Part shown: piece by piece, positions 37,201-49,900 of the stretch
Position numbering within the stretch: position 1 is the stretch's first letter
Layout: each line of letters opens with the position of its first letter
From: Octopus sinensis
Lineage: Eukaryota
NCBI RefSeq assembly: GCF_006345805.1
Contig: NW_021824954.1
Location: forward strand, 485,516-549,515
DNA length: 64,000 bases
Reading direction: 5' to 3'
Position numbers and translations under genes: made by a program
Notes under the pieces: model-generated
Told to the model about the DNA's origin: nothing
Databases searched by the model: none
The model's input: the letters and a program-made list of their open reading frames with translations, nothing else

Positions 37201-40018
37201 GTGCGTAGGAAGTCGGTCAGGATGTTGAAGGAGATCCTGGTGTCAAGTTTAACAGTTGTCTAGGAAGAGTCTACACTGTACCTCCAAACCAACATGACTG
37301 TTTTCACCTGCGCCTTCTCCTCCATGAGGTTTTAGGCCCACAAAGTTTTCAAGACATCAGAACTGTTGATGGTGTATTATGTGATACTTTCCGTGAAGCC
37401 TGTTTTCGGCGTCGACTTTTGGAGGATGATTCACAATGGGGCGCCACTATGGCAGAAGGTGTTTCATTAAAATCTCCTAAAAAAATCAGATCGCTTTTCG
37501 CTATTCTATTACTATGGTGTGACTTGGCTAATCCTGCCTCTTTATGGCTTACCTACAAAGATGATATGTCTGAAGATTTCCTGCGTGACGCTCAATCGCT
37601 ACATCCATCAATGGAGGTCGGGTACACTACCTCATTTACAACAGGGCGCTGCTTGAAATCGAAGATACTGTACTCGATATGGGCGGTAGTGCCTTGCCGG
37701 TCTATGGCCTACCTTCAACAAACCGGGAATGCACAAACACTCTGTCTTCACATTTGCTGCGTGAGACATGTTTTAATGTTGACGAGCTTGCCGAGTACAT
37801 AGCCGACAATGAGCCAAAGCTCATTCCAGAACAGAAGTTCGCTTACAACTCCGTTGTTAATTCAGTCCGGGCCAAAGCTGGGGACATTTTTTTCCTGGAC
37901 GCTCCTGGGGGCACTGGGACAACTTTTGTCAACAAATTAATATTGGCTGAGATTAGGCGAACACAAGGCATTGCCCTAGCTGTGGCATCATCTGGAATTG
38001 CGGCTACTTTGTTGCCAGGCGGCAGGACAGCTCACTGTACTTTCAAACTCCCACTTGACTTAGCGAAGACTGAGACACCAACTTGCAAATCAGTAACAGC
38101 TCCGATCAGGCAGAAGTCTTCAGACGATGCAAGCTTATCGTTTGGGATGAATGCACGATGGCCCACAGAGGTACTCTTGAGGCACTAGATAGATCTCTCA
38201 GAGACATCAAACACTCTTCAGCTCCCATGGGAGGCATAAACACTTCTTCTTCTTTCAGGGGACTTCCGACAAACACTTCCCGTTATTCCCAAAGGGACTA
38301 GAGCTGATGCTGTAAGTGCGTGTCTTAAGTCATCCACATTGTGGCCACTGGTGAAGATTCTCAAACTTCACACCAATATGCGTGCTCATATGCGACGTGA
38401 TATCACATCAGCAGCATTTTCTCACACCCTCCTTGCACTTGGCGAAGGCAAAATACCAGGGGATGAAAATGGTAATATTGCCATCAATTCCATTTGTACC
38501 ATTGTTAACACGCCTTCTGATCTCAGAGATGCAGTATTCCCAGATCTACAAGCTAATTATCAGAATATGGATTGGATTGGCCAAAGGGCTATTCTGGCCC
38601 CGAGGAACAAAACTGTTCACCATATTAATGATGAAATGCTAAAACTCATTCCTGGGGATGTCTATGTATATAAGTCTATCGATACAACTCCTGACCCAGA
38701 GGACGTCATCAATTATCCAATAGAGGTACTCAATTCCTTTGAGCCCCCGGACTACCACCACACATTCTCAACTTAAAGTTGGTGCCCCTATAATGCTCAT
38801 TAGAAATTTGGTTCCCCCAAAACAATGTAATGGCACACGTTTGATCGTTAAGTCCTTATCTCCCAATCTGATTGAGGCCACCATTATCACAGGGTGCGGT
38901 CGAGGCAACGTTGTGCTCATACCTAGGATGCATCTTTTCCCATCAGGAGCAGACCTACCTTTCATATTTCGGAGGTCCCAGTTCCCAGTAAGGCCATGTT
39001 TCGCAATGTCAATTAACAAAGCGCAGGGTCAACACTGTCTGTGGCAGGAATACATTTGGGAGAGCCATGTTTCTCTCATGGTCAGCTTTATGTTGGCTGC
39101 TCGCGTGTCGGCAGCAACAGTGATGCTTTCGCATTCCTTCCACAACGAAAAACAAAAAACATTGTGTACAAGGAGGTTTTATAGGATTACTACGTTTCAT
39201 CATTTTCAAGCACGTTAGTATTTCACTTACATACGACTCTCTTTTATGACGGCATTTACATTTCTAGGCGTTTCATAACATTAATTCACACTTAACCAAC
39301 ACCTGTTCTTCGCTCAACTCTATTTCTATCCATTCATCATCAACCACCAGCCTCATCTTCTATATCCAACGTACATGACACATCTACCCCCTACATCTAC
39401 ACTCTCACTGTTAAAGTTTACATGAGCGACAACACGATCGCAACATACACTTTCGAAACTAATCAACAGATCATTTTATACAACAAATTTAATCAAAACG
39501 CCCATCAATGAAAACATCTCCACCACTGTATTGTGATTCACCTAATCAGCACCACTACAGTCTTGCCGGTCTGACATATGGTGAGTAGATGCTATTGTTC
39601 TATATTTTATAATTACACATATTTACTTACCCATGCTTCATTCCTCTCTCGCCTACATGAAATCCACTCTCTTTTAACACAGCATCAAGTTTTGTAACAG
39701 CACATCCGCTGCCGTTCGTGCAAAACGAAGAGACCCTATTCACCTGCGAACGTTTTACATCGCCTTCCACGACTATCAAATTCTTACAATTATGAGAACA
39801 ATAACATGGCTCTTTTCAAGGCAACCTCGCATTCAATTCTTACACCATTCTACGAGGGGGTAGGAACACCTTTACACGGCTTTCTATACACTTACAAATA
39901 CATTCATTCGCCGTAAACTTATATCAATATTTGCCTGAATAATCATCATAATTCAGTGCAATCATTAACAGTACTTTCAAGCAATTCAGCCCCGAGCAAC
40001 GCCGGGCAATTCTGCTAG
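33585..40018 (+). mobile_element. Helitron family A, copy 2 (tandem duplicate)
   Basis: Same termini as copy 1; near-identical apart from many 1-bp indels. Confidence 0.95.
34775..39184 (+). pseudogene. RepHel, copy 2, further fragmented by 1-bp indels
   Basis: ORF pieces 34775-39218 match copy 1, including both stop codons and the GGTGTT Walker A. Confidence 0.92.
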
Positions 40019-40376
40019 TATATATATAAATGGCATATGTCTGCGTGCGTGTCCTTTATACAAATCCACAATTTTTCATTTAGAGGGCTCGCACTTTCTA
40101 TGGTCATTTAAAACCGTTCAAGGGTGGTCGTGCACATCTTTACATTTTCCCAGTCACCCCGCAAACCCATTAAAAAATCAATAGAAGTGACTTTTTTGTG
40201 AATTTTCTATCCAAAACCCAATCAAAATGCCCGAAACTTGATATGCCAATTGAATGCCAACTAGCCGTATGTGATTGGTCGCTATGTGGAAAGTACTCGC
40301 GTGTATATGCGCACGCACGCAGCTGTATATGCATGCACTAGCAGTATGATCCGGCGTTGCCGGGTCATAGTGCTAG
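40019..40376 (+). mobile_element. Non-autonomous Helitron family B, copy 2
   Basis: Near-identical to 33171-33529. Confidence 0.75.
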
Positions 40377-40428
40377 TATATATATAAACAGGCAAAAGAT
40401 TATATATATATATATATATATACATATA

Positions 40429-41274
40429 CTAGCAGAATTGCCTGGCGTTGCTCGGGGCTGAATTGCTTGAAAGTACTGTTAATGATTGCACTGAATTATG
40501 ATGATTATTCAGGCAAATATTGATATAAGTTTACGGTGGGAGATAAGGACTTAACGATCAAACGTGTGCCATTGCATTGTTTTGGGGGGAATCAAATTTC
40601 TGATGAGCATTATAGGGGCACCGACTTTAAGTTTGAGAATGTGTGGTGGTAGTCCGGGGTGCTCAAAGGAATTGAGTACCTCTATTGAATAGTTGATGAC
40701 GTCCTCTGGGTCAGGAGTTGTATCGATAGACTGATATACATAGACTTCCCAGGAATGAGTTTTAGCATTTCATCATTAATATGGTGAACAGTTTTATTCC
40801 TCGGGGCCAGTATATTCTTTTGGCCAATCCAATCCATATTCTGATAATTAGCTTGTAGATCTGGGAACACTGCATCTCTGAGATCAGAAGGCGTCTTAAC
40901 ATTGGTACAAATGGAATCGATGGCAATATTACCATTTTCATCCCCTGGTATTTTGCCTTCGCCAAGTGCAAGGCGGGTGTGAGGAAATGCTGCTGATGTG
41001 ATATTACGTCGTATATGAGCACGCATATTGGTGTGAAGTTTGAGAGTTACTTCCCTTTATTTTAAAAATATGCATTAAAATGGAAAAAAATTATGGTAAA
41101 TTATTTGTAAAATCGTAGACTCATCGTAGACGCGCGCTAATACCCAGAAGGGCTCGATATGAATGACGACTATAAGATACCCGGTTTTGGTTAAACTGCA
41201 TCGCAAAATGTGGGAGTAGTTAGGAATCTAAATCGGAGTAGACAGACACACAACCTTTCTTTTATATATAAAGA
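40429..41274 (-). mobile_element. Chimeric mini-Helitron: family C 5' end + family A helicase fragment + family A 3' end
   Basis: 41046-41274 matches the 5' part of C. 40537-41045 matches helicase positions 31507-32014. 40429-40536 matches the A 3' end (33063-33170) with CTAG. Confidence 0.85.
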
Positions 41275-41632
41275 TTTTCGTCCTAAAAAACTTTGTATGG
41301 ATTGAATGGTTACCTCTATGGAAATATATACACGCACATTATACATACATGTGTGTATAGATGAATATATAAATACATTTAAATATCTATATACACTTTT
41401 GGGCGATCTTTCTGCTTCTTAGAGATAACTTAAGATCTTATTTTCGTCCTAAAAAACTTTGTGCGGAGTGAATGGTTACGTCTATGGAAATATATACACA
41501 CACATTATACATACATCTGTGTATAGATGAATATATAAATACATTTAAATATCTATATACACTTTTGGGGGATCTTTCTGCTACTTGTATATACTTTAGA
41601 TCTTATATTCGTCCTAAAAAACTTTGTATGAA
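41275..41632. repeat. ~165-bp tandem repeat, about 2.2 copies
   Basis: tcgtcctaaaaaactttgt recurs at 41278, 41444 and 41609. Confidence 0.9.
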
Positions 41633-42069
41633 TAGAAAAAGAAAATGAATTGAAATTTTTAAGAAAGGAATTTGTTTACATACATGTGTCAAATGGCAAA
41701 TGTTTGTGCAGTTGTCCGAAATGGAACCAGGGTAAATGTGTGGAACTGATGTATTATAACGAATAGTCCTTCTTGTTGTGAATATTAATTTAATATGAAC
41801 TGAAAATCAGTGGTGTAGCATATAAGACCATAGGTGATCTTCTAGCAAAAAGGATGACCAGTCTGACTGGCTCATCCCTGTCACACACACACACACACAG
41901 TCACATACACACACACACACGCACGCACCCTCACACACACATTCACACACACACTCACACACACGCACACACACACACGCACCCTCACACACACCACACA
42001 CACACACACACTGACATACACGGACACACACACACACACACACACACCACACACACACTGACACACACG

Positions 42070-42113
<44 letters not shown>

Positions 42114-42676
42114 AGCTTACAATTTTATTTATATATTTGTCTAAAGAGGAAGTGGGAGTAATAGGCAGAGTAAAGGCTTCAAAGTGAAAGAGTGAAACGG
42201 TAAAATATCTAGTTTTCTCGATTTTTTTCTGAAATGGGGGTGAAATTGAAAGAAATTTTGTATGCCATGACCGAATGGAAGTACTTTGAAAAATCATAGG
42301 TAAACTGTAATTGAAGAAATTGTGTTTATTTGTTTCTGTTTGCTGTTTTTTTTTTAGTAGTGTTGTAAGGTACACTTGCAAAGAGAAAGTAGGAGAAATT
42401 AGGGTGATAGAATGAGTGAAGCATTTCGCTCCGTTTTTGTGTCTGTGTGTGTGTGCTGTAGCCCACACTAAGAAAAGCACTTCACTTACACACCACAATG
42501 TGAGTTTTCTCGAAATTTTGCTTAATTGGGGGTGAAAATTGAAAAACTGTACCTGGCACGACCCGATGTATTCTACTCTTAAAAATGCTAGGTAAATTGT
42601 AATTGAAGAAATCCTATATTGTAGATTTCTATAAGAGACAAAGGGAGGCTGATAAAATCTGCCTTTTATAATAAGA
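41633..42676 (-). mobile_element. Diverged Helitron A-like 5' region (non-coding)
   Basis: Reverse complement matches 26733-27625 with substitutions and deletions; 5' end TCTTATTATAAAAGGC at 42676. Confidence 0.85.
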
Positions 42677-43073
42677 CTAGCAGTATCGCCCGGCGTTGCT
42701 CGGGTTTGTAAGGGAAATAACTATATAAGTATTTTTAGAGAGTTATAGCCAAAAAATAGCAAAAAATGCATTAAAAATGGAAAAAAAATTAAGGTAAATT
42801 TTTTTTTTAAATCGTTGACACATCGTAGATATTTTTAGAGAGTTACTTCCCTTATATAATAGCGAAAAAATGCATTAAAATGGAAAAATATGATGGTAAA
42901 TTTTTTTAAAATCGTAGACTCATCGTAGACGCGCGCTAATACCCAGAAGGGCTCGATATGACTCACGACTTTAAGATACCCGCTTTTGGTTAAACTGCAC
43001 CGCAAAATGTGGGAGTAGTTACGAATCTAAATCGTAGGAGACAGACACACAACTTCACTTTTATATATAAAGA
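42677..43073 (-). mobile_element. Non-autonomous Helitron family C, complete (~397 bp)
   Basis: 5' TCTTTATATATAAAAG; 3' cccgagcaacgccgggcgatactgCTAG joined directly to the 5' T of the A-like element. Confidence 0.85.
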
Positions 43074-43180
43074 TATAAGCCACGTAGTTATATACACATA
43101 CTTCGTTATATACACATTCTTGAAAGGAAATGTTACTTTGAACACAACATTTATAAAGAATAAAATATTTTTGGTTTTTC

Positions 43181-43865
43181 TTAACCCTTTCGTTACTATG
43201 TTTCTGACCAAAATATACCCCTTATGTGTTTCAATTAATTTCTAACGTAATCATAAATTTAGTCTGGTTTCATTAAACAACTATAACTTTTTTATTTATC
43301 AATATATTAACATGAATTTTGGAAGATAATTTAATGAAATGTTCTCAACCAATTCTATACTATAATTTTTGTCACAAAGTAACTCTAATTGCAGGTAGAT
43401 ACAGGTAAATTCAACAATATATAAAATTATTAAAATTTTGTTCAAACATCGCTATAGAAAATGGGTTATTAGCTAATATTCAATTGGGTATACAACAAAA
43501 TTTTACGATAGAATTTGTTATTCTGGGTAATTTGTTATTCTGATACCCATAATAATATTTATGGCAAAATAGGCCTTAATTTCATTTAAGGTTGTGGGAA
43601 ATAACAAACTATCCTTTCTTTCGCTTTGTTTACGTTTAGCGTAACGGTTCGTTTCCGCCGTAATGATTTCAAATGGGCTCATTCGAAAAAGTAAAAAGAA
43701 ATAGTCTAAGGCTTTACTCTCCTGGGAAAGTCTGTGGCTTGGTCCAGTTTCTTCAGAAAAATCACCGAAAGAAACAGTTTTTAAATTTTCACTCCATTCA
43801 GGTGCCAATTCATTTTCTTTATCGCTGTCGGAGCTCTCGGATTCACTGTTTTCACTTTAATCGTT
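43181..43865 (-). mobile_element. piggyBac remnant: transposase N-terminal fragment, 3' end TIR and TTAA
   Basis: TTAA|CCCTTTCGTTAC at 43181. Acidic SENSESESSDSDKENE then F.EETGP...ALDYFFLLF...IITAETNRYA...TTLNEIKAYFAINIIMG (piggyBac DDE_Tnp_1_7 N-terminal pattern); catalytic core deleted. Confidence 0.8.
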
Positions 43866-43867
43866 GC

Positions 43868-44177
43868 ACACTTGCAAAGAGACAGGAGGAGATATTAGGG
43901 TGATAGCATCAGTGAAGCAGATCGCTCCCTTTTTGTGTGTGTGTGTGTGTGTGTCTGTGTGCGTGTGCTATAGCCCACACTAAGAAAAGCACTTGACTAA
44001 CACACCACAATGTGAGTTTTCTCTAAATTTTGCTTAATCGGGGTTGAAATTTTAAAAACTGGACCTGGCACGACCCGATTTATTCTACTCTTAAAAATGC
44101 TAGGTAAATTGTAATTGAAGAAATCCTATATTGTAGATTTCTATAAGAGACAAAGAGAGGCAGATAAAATATGCCTT

Positions 44178-44185
<8 letters not shown>
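43868..44185 (-). mobile_element. Helitron A-like 5' segment fused to the piggyBac remnant
   Basis: Reverse complement matches ~26735-27045; the 5' end merges into (TA)n. Confidence 0.85.
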
Positions 44186-44242
<57 letters not shown>

Positions 44243-44274
44243 TATCAAAATAAAAACATGATGCCAAGGATTCA

Positions 44275-44352
44275 GCGGTACATATGTTTCGGGCCTTTAT
44301 TAGACGGATTTATAACAATGCATAATGTGTGTCTATGGCCTTCTTCAGCCGC
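44275..44352 (-). ncRNA. Type-I hammerhead (inverted copy)
   Basis: Reverse complement of 45280-45357. Confidence 0.75.
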
Positions 44353-45279
44353 GCACAACTACTACCTCAAGGACATGTATTACATCAAAAATTCTACGTT
44401 GGGGATGCAAAACCTCTCATACGCGTACGACATAATGCGGCAACAGCATAAAAATAAAGCGTCCATCTCGTCCTTCTCTCAATGTAGAATGAGGAAGTTT
44501 GGATGTTGCGTATGCGTGCGTATATGTGCGCGTGTATAAGGGTGTATGTATCCATGCGGGTACGTATGTACATGATGACCACTTAATACGTCACGAAGAA
44601 CTAGATAAGCGGCTCAACAACTCTAATTTACAATACACTAGGTCCCCAGACGCCCCGGTTGATTTATGACACCCAAGGCTTCTACAACCAGAATTTGTCA
44701 TTTTCCTGACCACCATGTTTGGTCTGTAACTACTATATATCCCTTATCCTTATATTCTTTTACATTCCTACACTCTTATACCCTTTATACTTCTGATATT
44801 TTTTTTTATTTTTTTATTTTTACTTTTTATTTTTTATTTTATTTTTTTTATTTTTTTATTTTTTATTTTTATTTTTTTATAACTTTATAACTTTATACCT
44901 TTATATTCATTTATATTTTTTTATATTTTTTATATCTCTTTATATCTTTATACTCTACATTTTTATATTTTCTATACTTACACTTTTTATATATTTTTTA
45001 TCCTTCGTCCTGAATTCTCGCCCCTCCATCTTTATCTCTATTTGCTCTTATTACCAGGTTCCTTCACGTCTGTCTGTAATTTATATATGTATATATTTAT
45101 TTATTCATTTATTTAGATTACCTCAACATCCAAACTTCCTCATTCTACATTGAGAGAAGGACGAGATGGACGCTTCATTTTTATGCTGTTGCCGCATTAT
45201 GTCGTACGCGTATGAGAGGTTTTGCATCCCCAACGTAGAATTTTTGATGTAATACATGTCCTTGAGGTAGTAGTTGTGC

Positions 45280-45357
45280 GCGGCTGAAGAAGGCCATAGA
45301 CACACATTATGCATTGTTATAAATCCGTCTAATAAAGGCCCGAAACATATGTACCGC
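45280..45357 (+). ncRNA. Type-I hammerhead with long stem II and palindromic stem III
   Basis: GCGG-CUGAAGA-A-GGCCAUAGAC...GUCUA...GGCC-C-GAA-ACAUAUGU-A-CCGC. Confidence 0.75.
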
Positions 45358-45459
45358 TGAATCCTTGGCATCATGTTTTTATTTTGATTAATTTACTCCA
45401 CCACCTACACCACCAAACGGTATATACAGGTGCTTACAATTATCAAGTACTCACCCTGA

Positions 45460-45498
<39 letters not shown>

Positions 45499-45515
45499 TA
45501 CACATATATGTATAC

Positions 45516-45546
<31 letters not shown>

Positions 45547-46295
45547 TGTACATATATATATATATATATACATATATACACATACATGTACATATATATA
45601 TATATACATATATACACATATATACATATATACGTATACATACATACACATACATAGAAGCATGCATCAGTACACACATGTATGCATTTTCCACTCCACT
45701 CCATGTGGAGCGGAAAGGGAGGAGGAAAGATGAGAAAAAGACCCCTCTAAAATAAAGGGTGCAACCGAGATGAAGTTTGTCTTCATGGTGATCATTATCC
45801 AAAAGCCCGTCTCATATATATATAATGATGTTCAGTCCACTTTTCGTCTCCCGAATTGCATTCATAAGACTTTGACCTACTTCAATCTTATAGCAGAGAC
45901 GAGTCTATTAAAGAAGTTCAAGCTAACGCTGAAGTGGGTTCCTACTCAGCACCCACGTAATTGTGAACAGAACTTCTTAATCACACTGCTTGGCAAACGC
46001 TCGTAAGTGGGTGGTGAAATTGCTATTTCAATTCCGCTGCCGTTCTGGGCGTGTAACTATGCTGGCGAAGACGGGGTTGATGCCGTCCCTCGAAGAAGCG
46101 GGAACTTGGTTAGGTCACTGGACAAACATGTTGGTTAAATAACAGTTAACCAATTATTCAAAACTTGTAGGAAGCAAAAAACAAAACAAAAAAATTTCAC
46201 AGTGAATTTACAACAGCTGCTTCATATTCTGCTTACACTTGTCATAGAGATAACATTGGTTGCCTTTCTTTCCTTTTTGATTTTCTTTGTGATTT

Positions 46296-46462
<167 letters not shown>

Positions 46463-46640
46463 TCCCCTTGTTTCTTTATATCCATATCTTTTCCTCACTT
46501 AATGTATGTATGTATGTATGTATGTATGTATGTATGTATGTATGTATCTTTATAATCAAGGATAAGATCTATATAAGATTTTATCAATTAGCCAGCATGT
46601 AATAAACCATATTGGTAACAATTAATACAAAATATTTAAT

Positions 46641-46874
46641 TATAGCAAGGGCACTAATGATTAGCACCACATGCTAGAAATAGACACCAAATGGCTCTAA
46701 GAACTACATTATTTACCACGTTGACACGGGCTGAAAGCGAGGGAAAGAAACAAATGAAAAAAAAAATTTTTTTTTTCATTTCCCTCACTTTCCAATGAGG
46801 TAAGTAATGTAGTTCTTAAGCCATTTGGCATCTATTTCTAGGTTCTGGCGTTAGTTATTAGTGCCCTTACTATA
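46641..46874. mobile_element. Old MITE with imperfect ~78-bp TIRs
   Basis: tatagcaagggcactaat...ctagaaatagacaccaaatggc..aagaactacatta.ttacc versus its decayed reverse complement at ~46798-46874; TA ends. Confidence 0.7.
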
Positions 46875-46911
46875 ATTATATTTATATAATTATATATTAA
46901 TATGTACGTAT

Positions 46912-46948
<37 letters not shown>

Positions 46949-47585
46949 TGTATGTATGTATGTATGTATGTATGTATGTATGTATGTATACTCTGGGGGT
47001 GGGGATTCAGCTGATAATGAAAAATGAGACGGTTCCGTAATCTCGACTGAGAGCAAAAAGAGACGGGAGTTAAGTGGGGCAAGGGCACTAAACCTTTTAT
47101 GTGTGTGTCTATGTGGAGGGAATTAAGTGGTACATGTGCACTAAAAGTTTGCCTGTGTGGGAGTGGATATAAGGGATTCGACATTGAAAGTTTTGCAGCA
47201 TCTTTCATCCTTTTTCTAAGTGTGTGAATTGATGAAAAGAGAGAGGGGTGGGGGAGAAAGAGGTAAGTAAATTGGTAGGTAGGTAGGTATGTATGTATGT
47301 GAGTAGGTAGGTAGGTAGGTTGATGGAGGGAAGACAAGCAGATAATTAAAACCAAGGTTTAAATAAATGGAATTGTATAGGTGTGTAATGGGGATTGTGA
47401 AAGAGTGTGTGAAAGAGAGACAGGGAGAGATAGAGAGCACGTCCATTTTCGTGTGTGACTTTAGTCAATGAGTAAGAAAGACTTTGAGAGAGTAAGAGAG
47501 AATGGGGAATGGGACGAAAAGTAAGAGATGGACAGCAACATTAACGAAGAACCAAAGTATCGAGAAAAAGAACGAAAATATAAAG

Positions 47586-48357
<772 letters not shown>

Positions 48358-48492
48358 TAGGGAAGCTTTATGAAAATAGACAAAAGACGAAGGCAGGTGG
48401 AAAACAAACAAACAATTGTATTAGTATGGCGCTCAGGAAATAAATAAAACAAGTCTTTAACGTTCGAGCCTACGCTCTTCAACAGAAAGATA
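48358..48492 (-). mobile_element. Solo PLE terminal repeat (same family as 757-900) inside (TA)n, hammerhead variant at 48454-48490
   Basis: The minus strand reads UCUUU-CUGUUGA-A-GAGC-GUAG-GCUC-GAACGUU-AAAGA (one A of GAAA missing); TA runs on both sides. Confidence 0.8.
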
Positions 48493-48582
48493 CATATATA
48501 TATATATATATATATATATGCATTTGCTTGTGAGTGCCCTATCTCAATATCTCACTCGCTCTCTCCTTCTCTCACTCTATAT

Positions 48583-48647
<65 letters not shown>

Positions 48648-48813
48648 GTATATATATGTATATATATGTTTATATATACATATATATATATTATGTATAT
48701 GTATATATATAATAATATATATATATATAATATATATATTTATTGAAATAAATATATATATATATAATAGATAGATAGATAGATAGACATACACACAGTG
48801 CGCACCCATAGCC

Positions 48814-48853
<40 letters not shown>

Positions 48854-48865
48854 ATTATATCTTTT

Positions 48866-49275
48866 TTTCTTTTAGCTCTTTTACTTGTTTCAGTCATTAG
48901 ACTGCGGTCATGCTGGGTTACAGCCTTGAGTTTTTAGTCGGATGTATCGACCCCAGGACTTATCCTTTTAAAGCCGGCTACTTATTCTATCGGCTCCTTT
49001 TTGCCGAACTGGTATGTTACGAAGGTGTAAACAGACCAACATCGGTTGTGAAGGAGTGGTTGGGGACAATCAGACAGATACACACGCGCGCGCGCGCACA
49101 CACACACACATACGGTGGGCTTCTTTCAGTTTCCGCCTACCAAATCTATTTACAAGGCTTTGGTCGGCCCGAGGCTATAGTAAAAGACACTTGCCCAAGA
49201 TGACACGAAGTGGGATTGAACCTGGAACAATATAGTTGGAAAGCAAATTTCTTACCACACAGTTACGCCTGTGCC
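48866..49275 (-). mobile_element. SINE family 1, diverged full-length copy
   Basis: Matches 20719-21112. Confidence 0.8.
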
Positions 49276-49629
49276 AATATATAGCGATGAGTGTAGTAGT
49301 AGTAGTAGTGATAGTAGTAGCAGCCTTTAATATATATAATTATACATCCAGACAGCTATGTACAGAAACAGACAGAAGAAAGAGAAAGAGGGAGAAAGAG
49401 AGAGAAAGAGAGAGAGAGAGGGAGAGAGAGAGAGAGAGAGGGGGGGGGAAAGGCGAGACAGATAAAGTGATTGATAGGTAATATAAGGGGCCCAACTACT
49501 ATATTTGAAGAGACCCTGAAACATGTGACATGTGAATCACGTGTGGTACGTGTTCAGAACCCTATAATGAAAAGGGGTTAATAGTACAACTATTGGGAAA
49601 TTTTCCACCCAATTGTTTAGTGTCTGCTG

Positions 49630-49900
49630 CTGCCACCACCACCACCACCACCACCACCACCACCACTACTACTACTACTACTATACTACTACTACTACTA
49701 CTACTACTACGACCTCTACCGTTACAACCATCACTTATCCATCACCAGCCCTAACACCTGCAACACTACCGCCACGACCATTACCACTACCAGCACCATC
49801 AGCACCAACAGCAGCAGCACCACCACCACCACCAACAGCAGAAGCAGCAGCAGCACCACCAACACTACCTCCACCGCCGCTGTTACTATCACGACTGTTA
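49630..49900. repeat. (CAC)n/(TAC)n and degenerate CAC/CAG trinucleotide tract
   Basis: Direct reading. Confidence 0.9.

Larger units (their letters stand above)
44246..45386 (+). mobile_element. PLE-like insertion with inverted terminal-repeat pair (third family)
   Basis: 44246-44508 is the reverse complement of 45124-45386 (263 bp, one substitution seen). The 615-bp spacer has a T/C-rich tract. Each arm carries a hammerhead. Confidence 0.7.

Noticed and set aside
41275-41632. CRISPR-like or other repeat-spacer array
   Set aside because: This is a plain ~165-bp tandem repeat without unique spacers; no repeat-spacer array or prokaryotic gene is present anywhere in the window.
45830-46130. 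LIAETSLLKKFKLTL peptide resembling a GIY-YIG C-terminus, with a CUGGCGA motif downstream
   Set aside because: Too short and degenerate; no GAAA or stem III.
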